Source of the DNA: Clostridia bacterium
GTDB lineage: Bacteria > Bacillota > Clostridia > Oscillospirales > CAG-382
Assembly (NCBI GenBank): GCA_017516825.1
Contig: JAFXBC010000037.1
Coordinates: 19,824-83,823, forward strand
Length of the DNA stretch: 64,000 bases
Reading direction: 5' to 3'
Under the pieces are notes generated by a model. The model searched no databases. It worked only from the letters and a program-made list of their open reading frames with translations, and was not told the origin of the DNA. Shown piece by piece: positions 8,636 to 17,706 of this stretch. The stretch's first letter is position 1, and each line of letters opens with the position of its first letter. Made by a program: the position numbers and the translations under genes.

Positions 8636-9931
8636 TTATCCTTTGTATTTTGCCAAAGCCTTGAACATTTTCAAAGCGGATGCGTGATCTGCCTCGGTTC
8701 TGCCGTAGGTTTCCTCCCCTTCGGCGGGGGCTTTCCGCATACACAGGTAGGAGACGGCCTCCAGCTCGTGATACCCTTCGGTATTATAAAGAGGAAGGGA
8801 ATTCAGCTTCAAGGCCACGCCGTCCACGGCGCCCTCCAGGCTTGCAAGCTCCTCGGGCAGGGGGGCCAGCAGACCTTGCTCCAGGGCGTAATCGTAGGCC
8901 TTTTTGTCCAGCAGGAACAGGCACTCGCTTCCCGTGACCAAACGGGTACGGACGGCTTTTTGGATCATCTCCGACGTGAGGTCGTTTCCGCTGCGGGTGA
9001 TATCTCCCAAAACGCCTCTTTTGACGCCGTCTCCGTTTGCGTCGTCGGTGAGCTTATTCAGCAGAGCCTCCACGGGCAGACGGACGCTTTTGTAAATAGG
9101 CTCCTCCCCTGCGTAGAACAGGGTGAAGTCGGCGGGGGTCTCAGTGTCGATCACGCGGTCTTCGCTTTTGTAAGCCGCCATAGCCACGAAAAGGGCCTTG
9201 TGGTATTCCCACACCTCCGCGGTGCGGCCGTAGGAGATGGCGTCCTGCTGGGGACTCCGCCGCAGACAAACCACCGCCTCGGGGGGCATTTTGGAAAATC
9301 CGGGAAGCTCGTAGCAATCCAGATCCCCGATGGCAATGCCGTAGCCGTCTGCGCTGAGCGCGGGATCGATGCCCAACTGCTCCAGGGGAGCCAGAATGTC
9401 CTCCGCCAAGGCCTGGCGGTAGAAATAGGGCTCCAGGAAGTACAGCAGGGTGTCTCCCGCCCGCAATTCCGTCTGGAAGCGGGTGTAGGTGGTATTCTGA
9501 TCGTCGTAGGTGTATTCCACCCCCTCGGAATCCTGCAGGTGGGACACGGTGAGATCCAAAAAGTCAAAACGGAAGTGGCCGTCCCCATTGTAATCTCCCG
9601 CAACCTCTCCGGAGAGGGAGGCGATGCTGTTGCCCAGATTGTCCTTTTCCGTGGTGTTCATGTAAAAGGGGCCTACGTACATCATGGAAAGATCCGGGTT
9701 GGCGGTGGAGGCCATCTGGGAGATGCTGATGACGATTCCCACCACGATGACGCCCACGATGAGAATGGGCCATTTGTAGTATTCGCCGATATATTCCATC
9801 CAGCCCTTGAAGCCCGGGCCTCGTTTTTGGTATTTTTCCTGCTCGTCCCGGGTATCCTCGGGAGAAGTACCCTCCGCCTCCGCCTGGGCGCGGAGCCTTT
9901 GGACCTCTTTCATTTGCTTATAATCCCGCAT
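8636..9931 (-). CDS. Hypothetical single-pass membrane protein
   Basis: Long ORF. Start moved to ATG 9931 (MRDYKQMKEV) with GGAGG SD. The track start at 9958 sits directly on the predicted -10/TSS. TM segment WPILIVGVIVVGIVISI. No family recognised. Confidence 0.55.
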   Translation of the reverse strand: MRDYKQMKEVQRLRAQAEAEGTSPEDTRDEQEKYQKRGPGFKGWMEYIGEYYKWPILIVGVIVVGIVISISQMASTANPDLSMMYVGPFYMNTTEKDNLGNSIASLSGEVAGDYNGDGHFRFDFLDLTVSHLQDSEGVEYTYDDQNTTYTRFQTELRAGDTLLYFLEPYFYRQALAEDILAPLEQLGIDPALSADGYGIAIGDLDCYELPGFSKMPPEAVVCLRRSPQQDAISYGRTAEVWEYHKALFVAMAAYKSEDRVIDTETPADFTLFYAGEEPIYKSVRLPVEALLNKLTDDANGDGVKRGVLGDITRSGNDLTSEMIQKAVRTRLVTGSECLFLLDKKAYDYALEQGLLAPLPEELASLEGAVDGVALKLNSLPLYNTEGYHELEAVSYLCMRKAPAEGEETYGRTEADHASALKMFKALAKYKG

Positions 9932-9960
9932 AAAAAATGCCTCCAAGTTGAAGTTCATCC

Positions 9961-9989
9961 ATTATACCACAAAAATTCCTGCTTGGCAA
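9961..9989 (-). promoter_or_regulatory. Candidate sigma-A promoter (TTGCCA-17-TGgTATAAT)
   Basis: Minus strand has TTGCCA (9989-9984), a 17-nt spacer and TATAAT (9966-9961). Confidence 0.4.
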
Positions 9990-10028
9990 TAGGGGAAATT
10001 GTTAAATAATTTCCTCCAAACTGTAACC

Positions 10029-10062
10029 GCAAAAGGAAAGAGCTCCGCGGGTGCGGAGCTCT
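10029..10062 (-). terminator. Intrinsic terminator of SBP-1 gene
   Basis: Arms agagctccgc/gcggagctct (10039-10062), followed on the minus strand by TTCCTTTTGC. Confidence 0.6.
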
Positions 10063-10078
10063 GCTTGGAAAAGCCTGA

Positions 10079-11599
10079 TCACTTTGCTTCTACGTAGCCA
10101 TCCATGTCGTCGATGAAATCCTCAATGGCGATCTTTGCACCGTCGGAGAGAGAGTCGAAGCGGGAGGCGTAGTTGGTGTCGATGGTGTAGTAGCAGTTCA
10201 TGATGTCGCCCCAGTTGTAGATGGGACCCAGATCGAAGGAACGGCTTGCGAAGATGATGTCCAGCATTTCGGCAGACTCGTTGTCACGGGTATCTCTGCC
10301 CTTCAGCTGCATTTCATAGAACTCGGGGGTAACCATTTCTTGGGACTTCATGGCCAAAGCCTCGATCACCAGACCCAGATCCTCCACCTCGGGAACGCCG
10401 TAGGGGAGCATCAGGTAGGAGGAGTTTGCGGGAGAAACGGTGTGGTAATACTGATCCTGATCGGAGAAGGTCATGGGCATGGGGAGGATACCGAACTCGT
10501 CATCCATGCTGCGGAAGCTTGCTACGTTGATCAGACCGCAGATGTAGAACAGCTCTCTGCCCTCCACGAAGGCCTTATGTACGGTGGCTTCCCAAACGTT
10601 GGAATAGCCCTTGCCGTCGTACTTGCCGCCGTCGGCAACCATGACCTCGTCGCTGAGGTAGAAGTTGACGATCTTGTCCAGCGCCGCGTAGGTACGCTCG
10701 GTGGCGTTGTCCACGGTGAGGTAGGGCATGTCGGAATCGTCCTTGGAGATGGCGTGGACGCCGCCGCCCACCACCTGTGCGAATACGTTGAACTTCTCGG
10801 TGCCGCAGGCCCAGATATCGAATTCGTCAATGCCGGCCTTGCCGTCGAATTCCTGGGTCACGCCCTTGCAGGTCTGCATGAAGTAGTCCAAGGTCCATTC
10901 CTTGTCCTTGGCTTTTTGATAGAAGTCGTCGGCAATGCCCAGGTCTTCCTTCAGATTCTTGTTGAACAGAACGCACCAGGTGCCCAGGTTGTCATAGGTA
11001 TTGATGTCGCCGCAGATCCAGAACAGTCTGCCGCCCACGGAAACGTCCGCCGCACAGTTCTGATCCCACCAGGAATTGGAAAGATTGATGGTGTCCACCG
11101 TCTTCAGGTCGGTCAGCGCATTGCTGAGGGTGAAGTTCTGTGCGTAGTGAGCGCTGGCGAAGATGATGTCGTAATCGTAGTTGCCCACGGTGACCATGTT
11201 CTTCACGTCGTCCAGGAAAGAGGTCTTGTTGGTGACCAGACCCTCGATGGTGACGTTGTACTCGTCCTCCACGGCGTCAACCACGGCTTTTTTCGCTACG
11301 TCAACGCGGCTGGGGTCGCCCTCGGCGTTGGAGATGACCTCGCCGGTGTAGCCCAGAATGGAAGCGGAGCCCGCACTCCAGTCCCAGCAGAGGATGTTGA
11401 TGACTCTTTCGCCCAGATCTCTGATCTCGGGGGCGATGTCGTTGTTTTCCTCGGAAACGTCTCCGGGCAGGGAGGTGTCACCGTTGCCCACGGATTCGCC
11501 CGCGGAGGGGGTGGAGGGAGTGTCGGCGGTATTGTTGCAGGCAACCAACATAGGCATTGCCATGGCAAGCACCATCAACAAAATCAAAATCTTTTTCAT
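10079..11599 (-). CDS. Solute-binding-protein-type lipoprotein, paralog 1 (orphan, no transporter partner in window)
   Basis: Start moved to ATG 11599 (MKKILILLMVLAMAMPMLVAC, lipobox LVAC) with AAGGAGAA SD. 506 aa. It resembles the large (~500 aa) family-1 extracellular solute-binding lipoproteins (SWWDQN, GDINTYDNLGTW motifs). Close paralog of 11715-13235. Confidence 0.65.
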   Translation of the reverse strand: MKKILILLMVLAMAMPMLVACNNTADTPSTPSAGESVGNGDTSLPGDVSEENNDIAPEIRDLGERVINILCWDWSAGSASILGYTGEVISNAEGDPSRVDVAKKAVVDAVEDEYNVTIEGLVTNKTSFLDDVKNMVTVGNYDYDIIFASAHYAQNFTLSNALTDLKTVDTINLSNSWWDQNCAADVSVGGRLFWICGDINTYDNLGTWCVLFNKNLKEDLGIADDFYQKAKDKEWTLDYFMQTCKGVTQEFDGKAGIDEFDIWACGTEKFNVFAQVVGGGVHAISKDDSDMPYLTVDNATERTYAALDKIVNFYLSDEVMVADGGKYDGKGYSNVWEATVHKAFVEGRELFYICGLINVASFRSMDDEFGILPMPMTFSDQDQYYHTVSPANSSYLMLPYGVPEVEDLGLVIEALAMKSQEMVTPEFYEMQLKGRDTRDNESAEMLDIIFASRSFDLGPIYNWGDIMNCYYTIDTNYASRFDSLSDGAKIAIEDFIDDMDGYVEAK

Positions 11600-11632
11600 G
11601 CTTTTCTCCTTTTTGGAATTGTTTTTCATGGT

Positions 11633-11661
11633 ATTGTAGCATATTCTTTTCCGTTTGTCAA
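11633..11661 (-). promoter_or_regulatory. Candidate sigma-A promoter of SBP-1 (TTGACA-17-TACAAT)
   Basis: Minus strand has TTGACA (11661-11656), a 17-nt spacer and TACAAT (11638-11633). Confidence 0.5.
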
Positions 11662-11670
11662 CTTTTTCCG

Positions 11671-11705
11671 CAAAATAAGAGGAGCCCCGCTTTTGGCGGA
11701 GCTCC
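11671..11705 (-). terminator. Intrinsic terminator of SBP-2 gene
   Basis: Minus strand GGAGCTCCGCcaaaaGCGGGGCTCC followed by TCTTATTTTG. Confidence 0.6.
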
Positions 11706-11714
11706 GTGTAACGT

Positions 11715-13235
11715 TTATTGGGGGATCGGATCCACGTAGGAATCGAAATTCTCCACGCAGCTTTCCATGGCCAGCTTGATGCCGTCGGCAAGGGATTCGA
11801 AGCGGGAGGCGTAGTTGGTATCCAGGGTGTAGAAGCAGTCCATGATACCGCCCCAGTTGAAGATGGGCGCCAGGTCGAAGGAACGGGTGGAGAAGATGAG
11901 ATCCAGCATTTCCGCGGACTCGTCGTCACGGGTGTCTCTGCCCTTCAACTGCATTTCGTAGAACTCGGGGGTGACCATTTCTTGGGACTTCATGGCAAGA
12001 GCCTCCACCACCAGACCCAGATCCTCTACGTTGGGAACACCGTAGGGGATCATCAAATAGGAGGAGTTGCCTGCGGAAACGGTGTGATAGTAGCTTTCCT
12101 GGTCCGCAAAGGTCTTGGGCATGGGCAGGATGCCGAACTCGTCCTCCATGTTACGGAAGCCCGCAACGTTGATGAGGCCGCAGATGTAGAACAATTCTCT
12201 GCCCTCGATGAAGGCCTTATGTACGGTAGCTTCCCATACGTTGGAGTAGCCCTTGCCGTCGTACTTACCGCCGTTGGCAACCATGACCTCCTCGCTGAGG
12301 TAGAAGTTGATGATCTTATCCAACGCCGCGTAGGTACGCTCGGTGGCGTTTTCGATGGTGAGGTAGGGGATATCGTTTTCGTCCTTGGAGATGGCGTGGA
12401 GTCCGCCGCCCACCACCTGGGCAAATACGTTGAACTTTTCGGTGCCGCAGGCCCACTGGTCAAACTCGTCCTGGCCGTCGCCGTTCAGGTCGGTGGTGAC
12501 TCCCTGACAGATCTCCATGAAGTAGTCCAGCGTCCACTGGCCGTCCTTTGCCTTCTGATAGAAATCGTCGGCAATGCCCAGATCGGTCTTCAGATTCTTG
12601 TTGAACAGCACGCACCAGGTGCCCAGGTTGTCGTAGGTATTGATATCGCCGCAGACCCAGAACAGACGGCCGCCGATGGAAACGTCGGAAACGCAGTTCT
12701 GATCCCACCAGGAGTTTTGCAGGTTGATGGTCTTGATGGTCTTCAGATCCATGGTTGCACCGTTGACGGCATAATCCTGGGCGCCGCCCGCGCCGGTGAA
12801 CACCAGATCGTAATCGTAGGTGCCGCCGGTGACCATGTTCTTCACGTCGGAGGAGAAGGAGCTTTTGTTGGTGACCTCACCGCCGATGGTGACGTTGTAC
12901 GCGGTCTCCACGGCGTCGATCACAGCCTTCTTTGCCACGTCCACGCGGGAGGGCTCGCCCTCGGCGTTGGAGATGATCTCACCGGTAAAGCCGATGATGG
13001 AGGCGCTTCCTGCGCTCCAGTCCCAGCAGAGCACGTTGATCTCTCTGCCCTCCAGATCCTTGACCTCGGGAGGAATATCCACGTGGATCTCTTCTTCCGG
13101 GAGGGAGACCTCACTGCTTTCCGCAGAGGAGGTTCCCAGGGAAACCGTATTTGCGGGGTCGCCGCAGGCCACCAACAGGGGGAGTGCCAGGGCGAATACC
13201 ATAAGGATCACAAAAAACTGTTTGAACTGTTTCAT
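11715..13235 (-). CDS. Solute-binding-protein-type lipoprotein, paralog 2
   Basis: 506 aa. MKQFKQFFVILMVFALALPLLVAC lipobox, GGAAAGGA SD. Collinear and highly similar to paralog 1. Confidence 0.65.
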   Translation of the reverse strand: MKQFKQFFVILMVFALALPLLVACGDPANTVSLGTSSAESSEVSLPEEEIHVDIPPEVKDLEGREINVLCWDWSAGSASIIGFTGEIISNAEGEPSRVDVAKKAVIDAVETAYNVTIGGEVTNKSSFSSDVKNMVTGGTYDYDLVFTGAGGAQDYAVNGATMDLKTIKTINLQNSWWDQNCVSDVSIGGRLFWVCGDINTYDNLGTWCVLFNKNLKTDLGIADDFYQKAKDGQWTLDYFMEICQGVTTDLNGDGQDEFDQWACGTEKFNVFAQVVGGGLHAISKDENDIPYLTIENATERTYAALDKIINFYLSEEVMVANGGKYDGKGYSNVWEATVHKAFIEGRELFYICGLINVAGFRNMEDEFGILPMPKTFADQESYYHTVSAGNSSYLMIPYGVPNVEDLGLVVEALAMKSQEMVTPEFYEMQLKGRDTRDDESAEMLDLIFSTRSFDLAPIFNWGGIMDCFYTLDTNYASRFESLADGIKLAMESCVENFDSYVDPIPQ

Positions 13236-13272
13236 AGACGTATCCTTTCCAAACTATTCCTATATATGAAGC

Positions 13273-13301
13273 ATTGTACCACACCACCTTCCTTTTGTCA
13301 A
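13273..13301 (-). promoter_or_regulatory. Candidate sigma-A promoter of SBP-2 (TTGACA-17-TGgTACAAT)
   Basis: Minus strand has TTGACA (13301-13296), a 17-nt spacer and TACAAT (13278-13273). Confidence 0.5.
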
Positions 13302-13311
13302 GGTCGGCTCG

Positions 13312-13347
13312 GTCAAAAGAAAAAGGAGCCGAGGTTGGCTCAGCTCC
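13312..13347 (-). terminator. Intrinsic terminator of SBP-3 gene
   Basis: Hairpin ggagccgaggttggctcagctcc (13325-13347), followed on the minus strand by TTTTTCTTTTGAC. Confidence 0.5.
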
Positions 13348-13361
13348 TTTTTGGGAAAACT

Positions 13362-14885
13362 TTAGTTGAGAATGGGGTCGTAACCCTCCAGATCCTCGAT
13401 GGTGTCCTCGATGGCAAGTTCTGCGTTGTCGATGACGGCGTCGAAGCGGGAAGCGATGTTATCGGGGTTGATGTCGTAGTAACAGCCCACGATGCTGCCC
13501 CAGTTGTAGCAAACGCCCAGGTCGAAGCAACGGGAAGCGTAAATGATGTCCAGCATAGCCTCGGACTCGTTGTCGCGGGCGTCTCTGCCCTTCAGCTGGA
13601 TCTCATAGAACTCGGGGGTAACGATCTCTTGGGACTTCATGGCGATGGCCTCGATAACGGTACCCAGCTCCACGATGCCTTCAACGCCGTAGGGAAGTAC
13701 CATGAAGGAGCAGTTGTCGGGAGATACGGTGTGATAGTATCTGTCCTGGTCCTCGTAAAGCTTGGGCATGGGCAGGATACCCAGAGGATCCTCCATGTCG
13801 CGGAAGCCTGCAATGCTGATCAGACCGCAGACGTAGAACAGCTCTCTGCCTTCCTCGAAGGCCTTGATGATGGTGGATTCCCAGGGGTTGGGGTACTGGT
13901 TGTACTTACCGCCGTTGGCAACCATTACGGAATCGCTGTTGTAGAAGTCAAGAACCTTCTGCAATGCGTTGTAGGTGCGCTCGGTATCGTTGGAAACGGT
14001 GAGGTAGGGAAGGTCGGTGTTTTCGTCCTTCTCTGCGATACGGAGACCGCCGCCTACCAGATGTGCGTAGATATTGAAGGTCTCGGTACCTACGGCCCAG
14101 ATATCAAATTCGTCCAGACCGTCACCGTTGGTATCGGTGGAAATATTCTGGCAGATCTCCATGAAATAATCCATGGTCCATTCGCCGTCAGTAGCCTTCT
14201 GATAGAAGTCGTCGGTGATACCCAGGTCGTCCTTCATCTTCTTGTTGAACAGAACGCACCAGGTACCCAGGTTGTCGTAGGTGTTGATGTCGCCGCAGAC
14301 GGCAAACAGACGGCCGCCGATGGAAAGATCCTTCACGGCGTTCTGGTCCCACCAGGAGTTCTCGAAATGAAGGGTGGGGACGGTCTTCATGTCGGTGAGC
14401 AGGTCGTTGGCCAGCATGTTCAGCGCCTGGTTCTCGCTGGCGAAAATGATGTCGTAAGTATAGGTACCGGAGGAGACCATCTGCTGGACCTCGTCCAGAA
14501 TGTTGCCGGTGGTCATACGGTAGCCCTCGCCGATGGTGCAGTTGTAGGCGGCTTCGACGTAATCCACAACTTCCTTCTTGGCTACGTCCACGCGGGAGTA
14601 GTTGGGCTCGGTTTCATCGCTGTAAACGATCTCGCCGGTGTAGCCGTTGATGGAAGAGGAGCCTACGCCCCAGCCCCACTGGAGGATGTTGATCTCTCTG
14701 CCGTCCAGGTCGATGATCTCGGGGTAAACGTTGGTATCCTCGGAAACGTCCTCGGAGACTTCGCCGCCAACGGAGGTGTTACCCTGGGAGGGAGTGGAGG
14801 TGGCGGGGGTATCCTCACCGCAAGCTACCAACAAGGGAAGTGCCATTACGCAAACGAGCAAGAGCACAAAAAGTCTTTTTGCCAT
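13362..14885 (-). CDS. Solute-binding-protein-type lipoprotein, paralog 3
   Basis: Start moved to ATG 14885 (MAKRLFVLLLVCVMALPLLVAC) with AGGAGAA SD. 507 aa. Same conserved blocks as paralogs 1 and 2 but more diverged. Confidence 0.65.
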   Translation of the reverse strand: MAKRLFVLLLVCVMALPLLVACGEDTPATSTPSQGNTSVGGEVSEDVSEDTNVYPEIIDLDGREINILQWGWGVGSSSINGYTGEIVYSDETEPNYSRVDVAKKEVVDYVEAAYNCTIGEGYRMTTGNILDEVQQMVSSGTYTYDIIFASENQALNMLANDLLTDMKTVPTLHFENSWWDQNAVKDLSIGGRLFAVCGDINTYDNLGTWCVLFNKKMKDDLGITDDFYQKATDGEWTMDYFMEICQNISTDTNGDGLDEFDIWAVGTETFNIYAHLVGGGLRIAEKDENTDLPYLTVSNDTERTYNALQKVLDFYNSDSVMVANGGKYNQYPNPWESTIIKAFEEGRELFYVCGLISIAGFRDMEDPLGILPMPKLYEDQDRYYHTVSPDNCSFMVLPYGVEGIVELGTVIEAIAMKSQEIVTPEFYEIQLKGRDARDNESEAMLDIIYASRCFDLGVCYNWGSIVGCYYDINPDNIASRFDAVIDNAELAIEDTIEDLEGYDPILN

Positions 14886-14942
14886 GTTTGTATTTCTCCT
14901 GTGATTCGATAATATTTTGCAAGGGTTTCTTACATTGTTCAC

Positions 14943-14971
14943 ATTATAATACATTTTGCATGACTTGTCAA
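14943..14971 (-). promoter_or_regulatory. Candidate sigma-A promoter of SBP-3 (TTGACA-17-TATAAT)
   Basis: Minus strand has TTGACA (14971-14966), a 17-nt spacer and TATAAT (14948-14943). Confidence 0.5.
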
Positions 14972-15045
14972 GGGTGAAACCGATTGACAAAACGGAAAAA
15001 ACGGTGTATAATAAGCAGACGAGTTCTAATATCAGTTTGGAAAGG

Positions 15046-15999
15046 ATGGACGCTGTGGCTGTCTCTCTCAGAAACTTTTTTCTGACCTTCGTGCTGGCGC
15101 TTGCGCTGTTCGGATGGTTGGGCTTTGAATATTACGATGAATTGGAATCCCTGCTTCCCACGGCAGATCGGGAGGTGTCCGAGGAATCCTCCCGGGATGA
15201 ATCCTCCTCCGAGGAGCAGTCCGGCCCCGGCAGTATCATGCTTCCCGGCGGGGAAGGGGACGGCCTGGGTATTCTCAACGGCCTGGCGGTGACCAAGAAC
15301 GAAAAGGGCGAGGTCACCAAGGCGGTGTTCGTGCGGCTGAATTCCGACCGCAAGGCGGTGCTGACCTGTGATCTGCCTTTGAGCGCGGTGCTGTACAACG
15401 ACGTGGGCGCTTTGGTTCCCTTGCGGGATTATTTGCGGATCTACGACGGGGAGACCGCCTCCATGGCCATTGCCACTTTGGTGGGCTACCACGCGGATTT
15501 TTATCTGGAGATGTCCCCCGACGCTTTGGACGCGCTGGTGGAGCATCTGTCCCAGCCCCACTTTTTGATCCCCCAGGAGATCAACTACGTCAACCCCATC
15601 TACGCGGGGGTCACGGAGTTCCCCGGGGGCAAGGTGCCTGCGGACTACTGGAAGCACGTGGATGCCGGCAACATCACTATGACCGGTGAGGTTCTGGCCA
15701 TTCTGCGGGAGCATTACGGATCGTGTGACGGCTCCGACGGCCACGGCAGCTACGCCGCTTTGGCAAATTCCATGCTGAATTCCTTTATGGACCAGCTGAT
15801 GACCGAGCAGAGAACGGTGATGCTGGCGGATCCCGAGCGTTTCGCCGCGGCCTTGTCCGGGATGAACACCAATATGGACGCCGCTTTCTTGGCGGAATGG
15901 GGAAAGCTTCTCATGAAATACGAGTCTTACAAGAAGGTGGAGATCACCTACACCACCAGAGACGCCACGCTGAAGGCCCTTAAGGATGCGGATCAATAA
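15046..15999 (+). CDS. Membrane-anchored protein, possibly a degenerate LytR/CpsA/Psr (LCP)-like fold
   Basis: N-terminal TM (FFLTFVLALALFGWLGF) and an acidic S/E linker. The segments VFVRLNSDRKAVLTCDLPLSAVLY and LVGYHADFYLEMSPDALDALVEHL resemble LCP-domain strands. The start is uncertain (ATG 15046 or GTG 15055; the track start is 14956). Confidence 0.4.
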   Translation: MDAVAVSLRNFFLTFVLALALFGWLGFEYYDELESLLPTADREVSEESSRDESSSEEQSGPGSIMLPGGEGDGLGILNGLAVTKNEKGEVTKAVFVRLNSDRKAVLTCDLPLSAVLYNDVGALVPLRDYLRIYDGETASMAIATLVGYHADFYLEMSPDALDALVEHLSQPHFLIPQEINYVNPIYAGVTEFPGGKVPADYWKHVDAGNITMTGEVLAILREHYGSCDGSDGHGSYAALANSMLNSFMDQLMTEQRTVMLADPERFAAALSGMNTNMDAAFLAEWGKLLMKYESYKKVEITYTTRDATLKALKDADQ

Positions 16000-16032
16000 T
16001 CAAAAACCGTCGAAAAAAAGTGGGAATCCCTC

Positions 16033-16061
16033 TTGCAAAATGAAAATCTTTGTGATATAGT
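16033..16061 (+). promoter_or_regulatory. Candidate sigma-A promoter of ferredoxin gene (TTGCAA-17-TGaTATAGT)
   Basis: TTGCAA 16033-16038, a 17-nt spacer and TATAGT 16056-16061 with an upstream TGa. Confidence 0.5.
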
Positions 16062-16092
16062 ATAGGTACACTAATTATTGGAGGTATTCGAA

Positions 16093-16266
16093 ATGGCTTT
16101 CTCTATTGATAAGGATGTATGCCTGGGCTGTGGCGCATGTGAGGGCGAGTGCCCCGTAGGTGCTATCCACGCTGATGCTGACGGCAAGTACGAGATCGAT
16201 GCAGACGCTTGTCTGGATTGCGGCGCTTGTGAAGGCGTTTGCCCCGTTGGCGCTGCTAAGGCGTAA
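16093..16266 (+). CDS. fdx: 2x[4Fe-4S] ferredoxin
   Basis: 57 aa. Two CxxCxxCxxxCP motifs (CLGCGACEGECP, CLDCGACEGVCP). GGAGG SD 7 nt upstream of ATG 16093. Confidence 0.9.
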   Translation: MAFSIDKDVCLGCGACEGECPVGAIHADADGKYEIDADACLDCGACEGVCPVGAAKA

Positions 16267-16292
16267 GTCTCTTACAACCAAACGGCGAAATG

Positions 16293-16330
16293 CGCTCCCA
16301 GAGTTCTCCTCCGGGAGCGTCTTTTGTTTG
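16293..16330 (+). terminator. Intrinsic terminator after ferredoxin gene
   Basis: gcgctccc...gggagcg hairpin followed by TCTTTTGTTTG. Confidence 0.6.
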
Positions 16331-16350
16331 CGGGGAAAGGAAAACGGACC

Positions 16351-17100
16351 ATGGAATACGGATTGGTGGAGACCGTCGTCAACGGCGGGCTTACGATAAA
16401 GGAATATCGCCGGGGGATCCGCTTCGGCACGGATGCCTTGCTTCTTGCCCATTTTGCCTCGGGGCGGCTGGGGAACGGACTTTGCGCCGACTTCGGCACG
16501 GGGAGCGGGGTGTTGCCCCTTCTCCTTTCCGCCGCGGGATGCAGATGCAACTTTCTGGCGGTGGAATTACAGGAAAAATACGCCGCTTTGGCAAGAGAGA
16601 ACGCCCTTGCCAACGGCTTTGGGGAAAAGATCTCCGTTTTGTGGGGAGACCTGCGGGAATACCGTACCCTTTTCCCTGCGGGGAGCTTGCAGGGAGTGGT
16701 GAGCAATCCGCCCTACCTGCCTGCGGGAAGCGGCAAGCAGAATCTGGCGGAGGAAAAGCGGATGGCCTGGCACGACGACACCCTGTCTGCAGAGGCTTTG
16801 GCGGAGGCCGCCGCCTGGGGACTTTCCACGGGAGGAAAATTCTTTTGCGTGTACCTGCCCTCCCGTATGGCGGGGCTGATGAACGCTTTGAAGAAAAACC
16901 GTCTTGAGCCCAAGCGGTTGCAGTTGGTGGTGCCTGCCCACGGGGAGTCACCCTCCCTGCTTTTGTTGGAGGCGCGGAAGGACGGCGCGGAGGGTCTGGA
17001 GATCCTGCCGGAATTGCCCCTGTACACCGATGCCACCCGCAAGGCAGAATCCCCACAGCTTTTGCGGATCAAGAATTTCTATCAATTATTTGAGGAGTAG
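16351..17100 (+). CDS. SAM-dependent methyltransferase, tRNA (adenine-N6) TrmN6/YfiC-like
   Basis: DFGTGSGVL SAM motif and NPPY motif (VVSNPPYLP). Start at MEYGLVE (16351). Confidence 0.7.
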   Translation: MEYGLVETVVNGGLTIKEYRRGIRFGTDALLLAHFASGRLGNGLCADFGTGSGVLPLLLSAAGCRCNFLAVELQEKYAALARENALANGFGEKISVLWGDLREYRTLFPAGSLQGVVSNPPYLPAGSGKQNLAEEKRMAWHDDTLSAEALAEAAAWGLSTGGKFFCVYLPSRMAGLMNALKKNRLEPKRLQLVVPAHGESPSLLLLEARKDGAEGLEILPELPLYTDATRKAESPQLLRIKNFYQLFEE

Positions 17101-17103
17101 AGT

Positions 17104-17706
17104 ATGAACGTATACGATTGGGTCAAGGACCTTGCATCCGCTTCTCCCGCACCCGGCGGGGGAGGTGCCTCCGCTTTGACGGGAGCCTTGGCGGCGGCTT
17201 TGGGCTCCATGGTGGCAAATCTCACCACGGGGAAGAAGAAATACGCCGCTTATCAGCAGGATATCGAGAGGATCCTGGAGAAGACCGCCGCTTTGACGGA
17301 CAGACTTTACGGGCTGATCCAAAAGGACGAGGAGGCGTTTCTCCCCCTGTCCCGCGCCTACGGCATCCCCAAGGAGGATCCCGCCCGCGGGGAGGTTCTG
17401 GAAGCCGCTTTGCGTATTGCCGCAGAGCCGCCCATGGAGCTGCTGGTCGCTCTTGCCCAGTTACCGCCCATTTTGGAGGAGCTTTTGGAAAAGGGAAGCC
17501 GTCTTGCCGTCAGCGACGTGGGATGCGCCGCTACCTTCTGCGCTTCCGCGGCCCGGGGGGCTTTGCTGAATCTGTTTGTGAATACCCGCCTCATGGCGGA
17601 TAAGACCTACGCTTCGGAGCAAAACGGAAGGGCCGCTTTGCTGGAGCAGGAGATCCGTACCCGTTGCGAGAACGTTTACAGGGCGGTGAAGGAGGGATTG
17701 GAATGA
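17104..17706 (+). CDS. fchA: Methenyl-THF cyclohydrolase / formimino-THF cyclodeaminase domain protein
   Basis: 200 aa. SPAPGGGGASALTGALAAALGSMV motif typical of the FTCD_C/FchA family. Confidence 0.85.
   Translation: MNVYDWVKDLASASPAPGGGGASALTGALAAALGSMVANLTTGKKKYAAYQQDIERILEKTAALTDRLYGLIQKDEEAFLPLSRAYGIPKEDPARGEVLEAALRIAAEPPMELLVALAQLPPILEELLEKGSRLAVSDVGCAATFCASAARGALLNLFVNTRLMADKTYASEQNGRAALLEQEIRTRCENVYRAVKEGLE

Noticed and set aside
16272-17072. Several overlapping 90-220-aa ORFs in other frames and strands across the methyltransferase gene. Similar R/P/G-rich ORFs overlap fhs, folD, the HK gene and other genes.
   Set aside because: The Arg/Pro/Gly-rich composition is typical of off-frame translation of GC-rich genes, and they overlap well-supported CDSs.
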